A stretch of DNA of 64,000 nt from Ilumatobacteraceae bacterium (GCA_044341035.1 JBIISL010000002.1:16224-80223), one strand, 5' to 3'; positions 52,301 to 53,773 are shown, numbered from the stretch's first letter. Notes: generated by a model from the letters alone, not told the origin. Numbers and translations are program-made.

Positions 52301-53020
52301 CGACCGTTCTTCCGCGCAAGTGATGGAACATCTCAGATTTGGAACCGGACGGTTGACTTCTTCTTGGTCACACTGTTCGGTGCCTTGGCTGCCGGTGGAA
52401 TGTTTGGCTCACTGCCTGGCCTCACCGGCTTCAAACCTTCATATGCAGATCGTGGAGACACGATTCAACTGATTGCTTTAGGAATGCTCATTGTTCGAAT
52501 TGGACTCGAGTATCTCGCACGCAATGCAACGTCGGGACGATTCAAGTCAATTCATCCCGATGAGCTTTCGGATCCTTCGTTGGTGCAGAAAATTACTTCA
52601 ATCATTGGTCGTTCCGCAGTGTTCGCATTTGTCGCCGTTATCTTCATCGGCAATAACTGGGCACTGTGGGTGGGAACAGCGTTGTACATGATTCCAAAGT
52701 TCGTAGATCTCGTGTCCGATAGTTTCTTGAACTTTGCAAAGTTGCATCGCTTCTTGCCTCGAGGCATTTTCAAGGTTGTCTTCATCATGTTTATTGCACG
52801 CTGGTGGGGCTCAGTAGTGGCTGACCAAGTAACCGACCCGGATCAAATGATCAAGGTTGGTTTTGTGCTGCTTGGTCTGCCTGGGCTGATAGCGGGAATC
52901 GCATCTTGGTTTGGTCGAGAAGGCGGCGATTGGAGGAGTTCGAAACTTACACGTGTGCTTGGAGCAGTACTCCTCGTCATCGGAATTCTGATGGTTAGAG
53001 GAGTTCTCTTCAACTTCTGA
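22367..53020 (+). CDS. Giant (10,217 codons) surface protein: signal-like N-terminus, about 87 fibronectin-III-like modules, 3 LamG-like domains, an Ig-like domain, and a C-terminal polytopic membrane anchor
   Basis: One open frame of 30,654 nt. N-terminal hydrophobic segment MRVVLALFIAASTALPFMPSMIALA|DV. Modules of about 95 aa repeat the FN3 hallmarks (L[TS]W..P..[DN]GG..I.GY.[IV]E.S.DGG.TW ... GLTNGT.Y.FRV.A.N..G.G). The start is ambiguous: GTG 22367 (GAAGGG 8 nt upstream) or ATG 22466, just before the hydrophobic segment. Confidence 0.95.
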   Translation: MKLLILGGSFPTPTSAASRTSVINQLNREARRVMRVVLALFIAASTALPFMPSMIALADVTNNNNNVAPGTSNNNSSNGSPVGTNNTITPTVTPVTTPSRTTPPVALPSVPSGLLVAPDNQKLTLSWDTPDVNEKISGYAVSWSLDGRTWTPNSQARTSTNTSVVLEGLTNGVVVYVQVAAINSSGTGGSISTSGIPAALASAPRGAAVVATPASGAPYADAVLANSPAGFWQFGDDPSHTIADNLGTGTLTGIPAFGMPAPIGGMIAGYLQGKELTSNVSVGGSFTLEGWINPSTINGDAATVAHVGDTTNGSYMRVTPSGALQFVGFANGVASKVESVRGLVPSGSWSYLVATYSAGEVVLYVNGERVGAGTSAGTGGVFVIGGANDSGFTYTGSVANFAVYSTVLVASDVSAHWTAANYQLGTGNIPSARAGDAFVIVEWTSPVSDGGSRILGYNVQVNTPAGWVDAISNTFSSSTSAFVTQLEDGTRLSNGTAYQFRVRAVTSVGAGNASEAVTATPRGLAAAPTEFGVSVPTLGNVTFSWSAPLNDGGFAVTGYRIEISSDNSSWRTYASASADTTTFTMGDVVTGTPFADEVYYFRVRAESSAGAGQTSVGISVAPLRVEQPVQTQSVLVDNGQPSLAFAGEQSVLSAEAVIIESVVRAYATGGVPGRVESLVATATNGGITLTWATPTDLGSGAVTSYVVQSSTDGAVWTNVNASATSPYAITALTAGTQYVYRVYAVNATGTGTPTSVIAIAGGNTAGNYASAPTGSNATAGSIPVSGTGNTASYTTAVLADTPTGFWTLSDASGATSVTDSGSAGVSGTTTSVTLGGTTNYSPLATSQLAASFNGTSSKIVVPDNAAWNSNNLTAEAWIKPAATQVTNWGSVVSRNTGSNGWWVEVTSAGQLWGYVNGVSLITASGVISPNKWQHIAMTYNGNAINLYVNGVVVATIAAPNIATQTLGTPIQIGTRNTTAMNFFSGLISNVALYNTALSDARIQNHVQAGGYAANTVSAPTVIAGDGVATLTWTAPAYANGAITGYEIQTAPAISGGAVANVSVWTTVATSTATSSTVSQTMAASGGTSFRVRAVTSNGAGQWSIPAQTYVFSNPTPPTNLSATSSSNNQVTLTWVAPITTSSRFTIQTITGYRIETSSNGGVTWSTITPSTGSTALTYVIDGVANGVSRLFRVAALTASTTGAFASISVTPGAVASSPRNFTATGTGDGSLSLSWTAPLNTGGSPILSYILDYCTSAGCTASIVIDSGVPASATSYNVTGMLNQQGGITFRLRAVTASGTGDAATVVGRTAPQVSAPNALTAVADVTWEGLSNQAYLTWSAPTLLYGQTVVGYQYEQSSDGGATWIVLNNLITSSTLAAYVQGLSAGTTYQFRVAARTSQGLGLYNYVSVTPTGSSTYSGSIASAPVNLRATVDGASTVLLTWAAPTYTGGLPLLGYRIKYLSTVDPAAATTGVVDTLVPAGVTSYRLSGLPTGSNYFVRVTPVTAVGEGNYAAVGFVQYDTPSSPRTLTSTPGDGTVTLAWTTVGTTGGYNVYGYRVEQSGDGVNWTVLTLDTSALSFTARGLNNGSTYQFRVAAVTAVGIGDYANIVSTPFAVPNAPLNLIATPGNEQVTLTWTAPANNGSAITQYIVETSVDQGSTWSETARVVGATNTTFTHTGLFNGGQHGVNWYYMYRVRAVNNAGTGPVSTSAQTNPGNTPSSVAALDGTAYNSMVHLTWTCCLGDTSRGSYYVGPSLAVVAYRIEQSTDGGATWQFILDRPVAYSWVRISALRNGVAYQFRVSAINSIGVGTPSVITVTPSTTPDSPTNMAVVTTASGTSATATVTWTAPVTDGGLPLTGYRVRWCATANCNPTTVISEALSPTTYSFVVSGLSTGTPYNISVEARNANGFSVYQTQIPVFPVGLPTAVTALTTSVANTVTITNPDGTTGTGTYLTVSWTEPNATSGIPVFYKVELSADSGSTWTTLTDETTSLEQRWAPNPALAGTQVQFRVTPTNFAGTGPSTTVTASVPLQSIAGPPSKPSPPTLLSAMRGDQQVTLSWALPVATGGLPVTGYKVEYSSSSSTTGFITINNNTATSPFVITGLTNNISYWFRVSAVSAAGTGTTAITATVVNGAPAAPSAFAYTATANAQSTLSWTAPSTSSTGGAMAGLNGYRIEQSIDGGSIWTLLTASTSAVASGITVTPPATGVTIRYRVAAIADGQRGDWAYVSATGTSTLAGVLALSATATSNSVTLSWGAPAGGAAVSGYKIERCLYSGTTCGAYTLLVASQTGLTYPDTTPVYGSVYGYRVTANSTANLASILPVHVVGSPGSVTGLVSTPGSEIVDLAWVAPTQSPAPVILGYRVEICSSACASSSAVWTFLRDGGTSLAAHIDGLTNGVSYTIRVVARNAWGLSTPVTTTFTPRGAPASPGTLTATPGNRQVTLNWTTPTNNGGSPIIGYKVEYGTNSAFAGLNVVSSLSDPNSTSFVVTGLNNATSYWFRVSAVSGVATSAGQLTSAIPVGVPTAPVSATVTTTLTVRNALFVNWGAPSNNGGSAVVGYRIEQSTDGTNWTTAVANTGTTTQWSARGLTNGQAYQFRISAMNSNGYGTPTTVSGTPMFAPSIPLNQNVIAGDRRATVSWSAPADNGGSPISGYRIEACVESSANYCTNAGVFAVVNANTGLVNSYTMTGLTNGTLYGIRVYAINDVDMNSYQYAYEYLLVRPSSTPIAPNTTYTTTGNRYVILNWGGATANGYVITGYKVEQTADNGATWTTISTSVSGTTVPETLRINGLTNGVVYGYRVSAISYAGVGLPSGIAYGTPRMTTSAGVPNLRATVGDSRISLTWSSPTDTAGAAIVGYRIEYVAAGTTTVVTENTLSLSTNYTVFGLTNGISYTLKVYPVTSNGYTNAGEVVARPQTIAQAPREFMSVWGDRQVSLRWTAPAAAGANVDQIFGYKLEQSTDGATWSPMATVNPSVVSYVVTGLTNGVNYSFRISMVTTVGQGASSVTSSTPFGTPSAVQDLVGIGGDRKVDLSWNAPADLGGGNVVGYRVFIYCASGSDSGVGTGCGPYTVNTYTLIAANISPAQRSLTVNGLINGTNYLFLVQPLTGVNTALNTWITCEGYFRDGQSAPLATDTARCSQYSRVLWITPMGSPSAPKGLNVMTAPSGSSTKASVTATLTWTAPDWTGGDYINGYRIEQSTDGMTWTTLTANTGYRLTLTYTVAGLVPGTRYLYRVSAIGSLGAVGVGSVVTTGSLVASDAPQGLVITRVNNSNTAQLSWTAPAYTGGSSVIGYKIERLLSAVWYVVTPNTGNTNTTFTIDGHDAGTALNVRVSAVTSAGAGDTAMAILEVGGVTNGGLRFTTTVGNGFADIGWSGTAAFTPTSYKMEYRVVGNAIWTLVTADMGATTSYRLGGLSNGVSYEVRVTPIYTVSGVTSYGTASNTFIVPANVASAPANLSATTGNAMTTLTWTAPADLGGGSVIGYKIEQSTTSATTGYVVLTANTGSNALSYDVRGISNGTQHWFRVSAITTLTAGVAGATSFVSVTPVLPGRAVGTISAAPGNTTALLTWSAPQYDDVNTDFIGYRIERSTDGINFTTLSANVGKVLTYTATGLTNGTPYWFRIVTLGQLVDGGSSVISTVPAAYSAKLGSLTATISDRTVTLNWTRPADTGGLPLIGYMISRCYYAASTYCDMSSTNYWYYYWSHSFRGINDAITGIAFVGPDATSFTFNADTADFYRVVPVTGTGVWIGTTGSTYSNFPNASMVYAAWWGVPSQVNGMKITTNSPGGVGAANSMLYFDWTAPTILGNGTISGYDVEQSNDGGLTWISLGRTKLTNQYVSGVSAGTSVVLRVRAVNEYGVGPWSSVTSSWAANPTSPRTPNITVVGGRMTFTWASPENTSAMGVQGYEVQYNLAGTWNTYTGTGAGFTATSLQWNAPDNTYYTNMQWRVRTVTVNAANTTLYSDWATASGNILGTANAPYTTVTPANGNVTLNWNAPTDLGGGTLMSYRVDHSTDGVTWVADGTTTLTSMVVRGLTNGTNYRFRVTPVTTQGDGTAAVLTGTPFGPSSAPSLLRANSGDGFVTVNWNVPTNSGGLPIAGYQIDLCTFASCTWTTYVRNSGSASTNTYTFSGLTNGTRYQARVSAVTGACDETLTDTVASCNYYGATVLSTPATVPSAPQSITASVTTNTYGVPTASGTVTLNWAAPASTGGQTIYGYMLEQSTDAGTSWTVINANLGTNDGVPLLTATLTGLIPGTVYTYRVTPLTSEGMGASSTTSIVAPSWPATSTVPNMVGGAVVTTTATAITVTWRTPVAPLPTGYKVEISAVGGTFVAAWGTWAGQTTSANMAATTTTVGAGVTSVTIVGSAGSPTSLTTGASKYVRITPTNAAGSATATVVNATPMSIATAVRPTSATAGDSQVALVWAAPTSNGGFVVNSYRMEYSTDGAPWTTLTLDASGTSYTVKGLTNGTPYTFRMAAITSAGLGAWGTFTSVTPARIPLSPLNIVVTGGDKRATLSWAAPTSNGGSAITGYAIYRNNVLITTVSASTLTYVDTNSTTGLTNGTSYYWSVRAVNAIGESVSSNVYGTPYSQIGAPTGVLAVRGNRQVTVSWTAPANTTGFTLTGYQVERSVNGSTWTLDSMVTASPVTITNLTNGVIYYFRVTAYVNGGPSASPGGLGVVSAAASATPMTAATAPTSFTAISGNGSVALSWSAPQDPGGAPVSAYQINQCLVVLGGAQCNVAGQYSTIVTSTNSTGTTYTVSGLTNGSTYYFTVSAITSFGVGTASYIYATNATPGTTPTAVQALDALPGDGRSMVTWTAPASNGGYTLMGYKVERSSDNGTTWVLLNISTNYTYYNDTSVMNGVTYTYRVSAQNALGYGTPMTTAVIPFGPAAAPANLSTVAGNAQATINWSVPSVDGGTAILGYKVEQSTNNSTWTVLSANAGLGTSFVATGLTNGTPYYFRVTAVTAFATNTSSTATALPLATATAPTSFAASIDATGGVVLTWAAPSSNGGSAISYYVVQRSTNGSTWVDVAQPSGLTTTVNGLTLGTGYSFRIAAITSVGTGSYATASATPVSNPGAPQNLVASIDANGVVTLTWATPANNGGSAIVGYAIERCNNTQNSCTPATVVTTTCPSTTAFCVVNANNGGSTTAVVQPTAGSTVMTFAVTTLTSVNSATGLATSRQVSGGLITVVVPQLTVTTTASAPTNLVATAGNASTSLAWTVPSSLGSPVPGSYTYTLQRSTDNSNWTTVSSTITSATLTYSDTGLTNGTVYYYRIAAVSSAGTGAYAATSARPFTTASAPASITAALQDAAVLITWTAPTSTGGLSVTNYVLDVCTTSAVACVAGASTGFTTVSGTVPTDSLSYVVSGLTNGTQYWFRVRAVTSAGNGTGIVATATPGGAPSAVVALTTTAANTGNVALSWTAPATNGSAITGYKVEMCTANCATNGTFTLLGTTTALTPFVSSPLPNFTCTSITACSANAGLAGLINGTSTTFRVSAINAIGTGYGSLAVAVPFTLAASPTGSAGTITANPTNADNYGASVTTDAPTLWYRLNNASGATAVTDASGTPRTSTVGSSVTFNGNAGSPFGGTSGSATFNGAAGSAAAYPTVAPTTPINLAGAISTLSGNDLKISGSVTLEAWIKPAAGASNRWQTIVSRGNSGVSTRNYGLFINGSQVYFGFNTSAGLQGAFTQSGVAEASVWSHLVGVFDQTTGLVRIYVNGQLQASAFATQSGALVTSAVGEVLIGNSYNADAPTPFFAGQMSEVAIYNKAVTGARILAHYNASGIAAQGKTAPSVTPNGSSLTLNWTAPTNTGGLAITGYKIDYVLPSTAIAANTGAAWSVLIADIGSTSTTYTLNSAVTSALGQGYMFQVSAITSAGVGASSLPVGPIGTAAAPSEPRSFAAVGGTAQVALTWTAPASTGGLTVSGYTIERSADNGITWTSVGATTASSPFVTGAVPGFTCSAIAACIDGTTAMLPGASFQYRIAAITPAGNSSYSVASAGPANTVTALLAVAGNAQVSLSWDIMPTTAGQTVAGYFVEYCTGTCTATTGTYTAVTAIAGAPTNGTTPNSYITATGLTNGTIYTFRVRAVYGASNTRGPAVIVTGMPVASAQISVQLLNSTASTTTMALNWLAPVAVVGNTIAGYLVEYCAANCGVAGATFTTATPVAGTPTGATTTLLSYNIAGLTTNNTYAFRVTPVLVAGSTGVASPSVVFDTPTASVDAPTAMQAAGRLNSVYVSWAPPATRGGYPILGYRVEYRVNNTGNWVTATTNSYSSTPNYAVAGLTAGVTYGFQVTALTAAGPGATSAPVTGVPFGAAAAPTNLRASASSGQAAIQWETPTSNGGNTITGYRIESSVDGGTTWSDEVANTNSVATAYTLTGLDNGVTVLIRVSAVTSAGSGQVSNVAPAIPSAPASAPTNVSAIVGNAQAVLTWTAPADTGGLPVTGYMIERSADGTTWSTVTANSGNPVPASVQSGLTNGETYQFRISAITAGGTGVASAPFTVKPYTTPSAPTSFVAQPSDGQITMTWGVPAVDGGAVVSDYRVEQSLDGGITWTAAATSTGGTRQATITGLTNGTPILLRVFALNTAGVGTPTQSISTSAYTIPAAPNALVASGANASVLLSWTAPTNTNGSPVSGYKVERSIDAGTTWTVAIANTGNSGTNVVVNDLTNGTAYAFRVSAINAAGAGDASGSTGATPMTTASAPTAVTGTGGDTTATISWSLPTIDGGTAITDYNVERSSDGGVTWTSVASNIVGTSYSDTALTNGITYLYRVSAVNAAGTGSSSAGVAVVAAARAGASTGLVATSGSGSVILSWVSPTDTGGAAITGYFIEISEDSGDTWATAIANTNTSAAFAVVSNLAEGQLYSFRISAINAAGIGTTSTNVDGTPVIVSSVVLSGTANSENVSLTWTAPTDIVQTGYVVEKSADGITWTPAMLNPGANATSGTASGLTNGTVYFFRIQVVTAGGPASSYSNYLALVPRGLAGAPSALTAVAGDTQVTLRWVAPVSDGGTAISGYKIEYSANAGTSWTTATATTGNQAVLYTVTGLTNATAYTFRVSAVNAVGAGTASATAAGTPFTIPGTSNSVTTTAGTAQVVLNWVAPASNGGSVITAYVVQMTSDGGATWSTLTASTTALTYTATGLTNGTTYAFRVAAKNLAGTGVTTNPVTSTPFEAPNAPTALSAVAGDTSVSISWTAPTNVASTAIVGYKVEKSANAGTTWSIATANTASNLTNYTVTGLTNGTAYALRVTALISAGPGAASASVNATPFGVPSAPQSIVVVSSDSQVTISWAAPVSNGGSVLTGYIVQISTDGGATFTDAVTTTSTSVSIGSLTNGTSYVFRVVAVNAAGNGIVSGTTSGTPFTSPGAPTSPQAVGGTNEVVLSWTAPSSTGGSALVGYRIERSSNGGTSWTTVVSNTGSTATAFTVGNLSAGVVYTFRIAAVTNGGFGTYSVNFTGSAVGLATAPGSLTANAATSQVTLSWTAPTSTGGSTVATYVVEKSADGGVTWSTVTTAATGTSYVVTGLTNATTYSFRVSAVNASGAGISSAPATATPFTTPDAPTGLSVIAATSQAVLVWTTPASDGGTSITGYKVEQSTDGGTTWTSLVANTGSASTVYVVSGLTNGSAYRFRVSAINSAGIGIASTIATATPSGTATAPRSLIATASDGQVALAWVAPSSTGGNPVTGYSIEVSSNGGTSWTTLIADTASTTTSYSATGLSNGTTYAFRVSAININGVGAVSSPASAAPFTTPGQVPAITTTAGNAQVLLSWTAPTTDGGGAISGYKIERSADSGATWSTLTANTNSAATNYTASALINGTVYSFRVSAVNGAGTGTASSSETATPFAGAAAPTALSATPSSTQVVLSWTAPSATGGSAIVGYRIESTVNGGTSWSIVVADTASTATSYIAIALTNGQQYGFRVSAINGAGVGVASAVATSTPFTVASAPVSVVATPADTQVLLTWVAGASNGASITGYVIEFSSDAGATWSTVSANTNSGLTRYTVIGLTNGMSYTFRVAGINQAGTGTSTSSSATVPAGAPSAPLSLVVAPGNTAATLTWTAPSTDGGSPIIGYRIERSVNSGATWTIVVADSASSSTSYTATGLTNGASYNFRVSALNAVTVGASSLAGSVVPAGVPVAPTSLSATATNTAVVLVWTRPLNDGGNAIVGYLVETSSDGGANWTTAIANTNSTVTSTTVTGLTNGSLYSFRISGINAVGSGAASTVITATPASVPTVAQNLIATASNGQVELSWTAPATNGGSSVTGYRIERSTDGITWNTISSGTAATTYTVTGLTNGSTYMFRLAATNAIGDSAMTAAVTASPAASATAPQTFVATVGDRAATLTWAAPASNGGMPVLSYVIERLNSDGSTWAAEASGVVGYGYSVTGLTNFVGYMFRVAAITTSGKGAWATMSSPVTPFRAPPSPETPAVPDAPTAVTTTVESGQTSIVWTTPASDGGAAISSYIVERSTNGGTSWTTVANTMATSFIATGLTNGATYIFRVTAANSVGNGLPSVMAVVTPATLAAAPTNISISTGNGLLSFSWLAPASTGGMPVVSYVVETSATGTSGWNTASTGSPSTSLVIDGLTNGTPLHMRVAAVTAIGQGAWATAVGTPSIGAVAGISTNVVATPGAGQVALTWTAPVAKGGSPITGYLIEKSLDGNSWMVVTSNTGSSLTSYNVTGLANGTTTYLRVSAINGAGSGLPTGAVTVTPLTTANAPQTLIATAGNTQASLAWVAPTDNGGSAITGYTIQVSSNSGATWSNMANVVGTSYTATGLTNGTSYAFRVLAINAGGAGSASAPDVAVPFATSSAVRNLLVAVADSQVTASWTAPLSNGGSAISGYRVAYSTDNGTTFSADTVVNGTTAVITGLTNGSAVVVRVIPVNAAGNGASTSSAAATPRTVAAAASAVVATAGNGQVSLSWVAPTDNGGSAVTGYYVERAVGAGGLWTRIATVTTMSHVATGLTNGTTYVFRILATNAAGAGAATEQVLATPSTTPGAPTSVATVAGDGFVTLTWVAPTSNGGTTVTSYLIEKSTDGTMWTTAATTSAREFTVTGLANGTSYRFRISAENAAGTGASAQASSTVTPSAKATAPTSVTATPSNGAIALAWGAPTDTGGSALTGYIVEQSVDGGMTWTTAATTATPSTSLTGLTNGTTYSYRVRANNSIGSGAASTVMTTTPFTVPGAPRNVASFAGDKEVLLTWGAPLNTGGSVITGYVVQQSTNGTTWTTVEMPSVASTTITGLTNGTTYSFRVFAVNAAVTNINNIATSGATASSVVTGIPKTTASAPQSLTPVSGDRQISLSWTAPVDNGGVALTGYSVQRSADGGRTWTTAVSTASSVLTATINGLTNGVAYVFRVAAINAAGVGAAGTWVTAAPVAAPAAPASVSATASASSATLNWSPPVDNGGASIIGYRIEQSEDGGSTWGTAVQLGATVQAQSVRKLTLDNAGLSTSTSLQVTGLQSGRSYLFRVQAYSVVGESPWNQVAVKVGLAPTTPGTPKLTPSKTSVVVSWAASTAAGVPKYTVQRSNDGGKTWTDVVTTSETTITDDGLTSDASYSYRVFAEYAGMTSSKSGATTTKTLIPAESVPNPTFEINLVLRSDVVPTSRNFTVAGANLKGASLVKLYLAEVLATPAVNSAALHRRVFSALGPETLLTTATVNKDGTFVATASLPASLAKGNYRITARGTAFNGDPVTSSADFVVPADWAEILNPSTPSTSTTSTTSTTSTTSTTSTTVPAVTPIVPPKATPGGAPFDPKSDPKGVVGLAGQAAVLAALLAAGAAKRGKKEDEESGDDEDRGSGDISDTAVKFRKTDVDGSNDAIQPRTTRWLDKWSLKSPHRLVQSSPLLARLVVDGTYLRSLLGIFWLALPFAGVVLGILSAVDTEFNIVMPAFALLVSILILGILDAFSGLLGVLVFAVLAGIGGGFTSSDSLRGMLGLCAFSLGVPLIATASRPFFRASDGTSQIWNRTVDFFLVTLFGALAAGGMFGSLPGLTGFKPSYADRGDTIQLIALGMLIVRIGLEYLARNATSGRFKSIHPDELSDPSLVQKITSIIGRSAVFAFVAVIFIGNNWALWVGTALYMIPKFVDLVSDSFLNFAKLHRFLPRGIFKVVFIMFIARWWGSVVADQVTDPDQMIKVGFVLLGLPGLIAGIASWFGREGGDWRSSKLTRVLGAVLLVIGILMVRGVLFNF
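23018..23640 (+). other. LamG/concanavalin-A-like jelly-roll insert 1 of the giant protein
   Basis: PYADAVLANSPAGFWQFGDDP ... FTLEGWINPS ... GSVANFAVYSTVLVASDVSAHW. This start/middle/end pattern recurs in all three inserts and matches what I know of Laminin_G_3-type domains. Confidence 0.7.
24740..25400 (+). other. LamG/concanavalin-A-like insert 2
   Basis: SYTTAVLADTPTGFWTLSDASG ... LTAEAWIKPA ... GLISNVALYNTALSDARIQNHV. Confidence 0.7.
38998..39750 (+). other. LamG/concanavalin-A-like insert 3
   Basis: NYGASVTTDAPTLWYRLNNASG ... VTLEAWIKPAAG ... GQMSEVAIYNKAVTGARILAHYN. Confidence 0.7.
41050..50900 (+). repeat. Regular, cysteine-free sub-array of about 34 FN3-like modules (period about 288 nt)
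   Basis: From ...DAPTAMQAAGRLNSVYVSW... to ...SYLFRVQAYSVVGES, each module follows the same template: AP..L.A..G..Q..L.WTAP...GGS.ITGY.IE.S.DGG.TW......T.....T.TGLTNGT.Y.FRVSA.N.AG.G. Confidence 0.8.
51577..51647 (+). repeat. In-frame 9-nt tandem repeat (ACTTCAACA-like units) encoding STSTTSTTSTTSTTSTT
   Basis: tcgacgccttcgacttcaacaacttcaacaacttcaacaacatcaacaacgtcgacgacttcgaccacg, read directly. It lies between the Ig-like domain and the first C-terminal TM helix. Confidence 0.85.
51728..53017 (+). other. C-terminal membrane module of the giant protein: a TM helix, a charged acidic linker, then a domain of about 10 hydrophobic helices
   Basis: VVGLAGQAAVLAALLAAGAA followed by KRGKKEDEESGDDEDRGSGD. 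From about 52020 onward there are successive hydrophobic stretches of about 20 aa (LLGIFWLALPFAGVVLGILSAV, IVMPAFALLVSILILGILDAF, GLLGVLVFAVLAGIGGGF, ... VLGAVLLVIGILMVRGVLF). I found no LPXTG-like motif. Confidence 0.75.
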
Positions 53021-53059
53021 TGTAGTTGCCTACACTATTGACGAGTAATAGGAGACTTT

Positions 53060-53461
53060 ATGAGCGTGCCATTGTTTGTAGCAACAGAAATTGGTCACAC
53101 CTTGCTCGATGAAAACACGTGGATGCCCACAGTCACCATTGATGTATCGCAGTCGCCCGAAGTTGCAGACCTTGCGCGAGTGCACGCTGTAGAGGGAATA
53201 GGAAATGTCAGTACCCACGCAATTCGCGAAGATGACACCGTTCTAGTTGGAGTGCAATTGACAATTCCGGTGCAGGCGACATTTGCGGTGGCTTTTAGTT
53301 ATGAATTACACCGAGAGTTTCTGAATGAAGTAGCAGATGCAGGCAGTCTTGTATTCGCAACAACAGATACGGAAACCGCGCACGAAGAGCGTCCACTGTG
53401 GCTTAGCGTTGACATTGACGGAGCCGCCTTACGTCAAACGTTGCGCGTCAATAACGATTAA
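53060..53461 (+). CDS. Small acidic hypothetical protein (133 aa, no Lys, no signal peptide), probably co-transcribed with the giant gene
   Basis: Strong SD (TAGGAGAC) 5-6 nt upstream of ATG 53060. It lies 39 nt after the giant-gene stop with no hairpin between them. No family recognised. Confidence 0.6.
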   Translation: MSVPLFVATEIGHTLLDENTWMPTVTIDVSQSPEVADLARVHAVEGIGNVSTHAIREDDTVLVGVQLTIPVQATFAVAFSYELHREFLNEVADAGSLVFATTDTETAHEERPLWLSVDIDGAALRQTLRVNND

Positions 53462-53677
53462 TTACGCCGCAAAAGCGCCAGATGGAAGATCAGTTTCGCC
53501 ATCGGCAATTGCCGCCTCTTTTCCTCGAAGCCATTTCTTGCTGGTTTCATCGACGATAGTTACATCATCTGAGAAGAACTCAAAGAATGGTTCAGGTTGC
53601 AAACGGTCGAATGTTGCAAACGCATCAATGATGATTTGAGCTTGTGGTGATGTAGTCATAAACGGACTGTACGGCAC
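53462..53677 (-). CDS. Short ORF, possibly a truncated NTF2/SnoaL-like fragment; doubtful gene
   Basis: 71 aa (or 65 aa from ATG 53659). IIIDAFATFDRLQPEPFFEFFSDDVTIVDETSKKWLRGKEA resembles the first half of an NTF2-like domain. The ORF is about half the usual length, has no SD, and abuts the convergent gene with no spacer. Confidence 0.3.
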   Translation of the reverse strand: MPYSPFMTTSPQAQIIIDAFATFDRLQPEPFFEFFSDDVTIVDETSKKWLRGKEAAIADGETDLPSGAFAA

Positions 53678-53727
53678 TACTTAACCGATTACTGGCGAAA
53701 AAATTTCCGTGCGGTGATGAATCGGTT

Positions 53728-53757
53728 CATCCCACTACTTAAGGAGGTAGTGGGATG
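53728..53757. other. Perfect 11-bp stem hairpin (CATCCCACTAC / GTAGTGGGATG, 8-nt loop) nested in further repeats
   Basis: Read directly. The loop plus the 3' arm contain AAGGAGG followed by a 4-codon mini-ORF (ATG AAA CGA AAC TGA). An 8-bp inverted pair (AACCGATT 53684-53691 / AATCGGTT 53720-53727) and a 10-nt direct repeat of CACTACTTAA (53676, 53733) flank it. Confidence 0.5.
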
Positions 53758-53773
53758 AAACGAAACTGATTGC

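Noticed and set aside
22438-52788. Dozens of 60-190-aa ORFs on the minus strand and in off-frames inside the giant gene (for example 47815..48381 -, 49240..49707 -, 35716..36267 +, 43786..44265 +).
   Set aside because: They lie wholly inside a 30.6-kb ORF whose translation is coherent and domain-structured. Their products are low-complexity or Cys/Trp/Arg-rich with no motifs. Codons dominated by ACN/GCN/GGN/GTN naturally leave the antisense and shifted frames free of stops.
22367-53020. Possibility that the giant ORF is an assembly artefact (collapsed or concatenated repeats) or a pseudogene.
   Set aside because: Modules differ from each other at nucleotide level wherever I compared them. 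Unique non-repeat elements (three LamG inserts, aberrant modules, the Ig-like domain, the membrane domain) are interspersed in a sensible order. There is not a single stop or visible frame break. Long-read confirmation is still advisable.
51203-53020. Search for an LPXTG/sortase signal, a lipobox or an S-layer-homology anchor at the end of the giant protein.
   Set aside because: No LPxTG-like pentapeptide followed by a hydrophobic stretch plus a basic tail was seen. The hydrophobic helix at 51728-51787 is followed by about 400 more residues, including many TM helices, so a sortase-type anchor does not fit.
53739-53769. AAGGAGG followed by the 4-codon mini-ORF ATG AAA CGA AAC TGA.
   Set aside because: No downstream plus-strand gene exists that it could regulate, so this could be chance. 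It is kept only as part of the structured-region observation.
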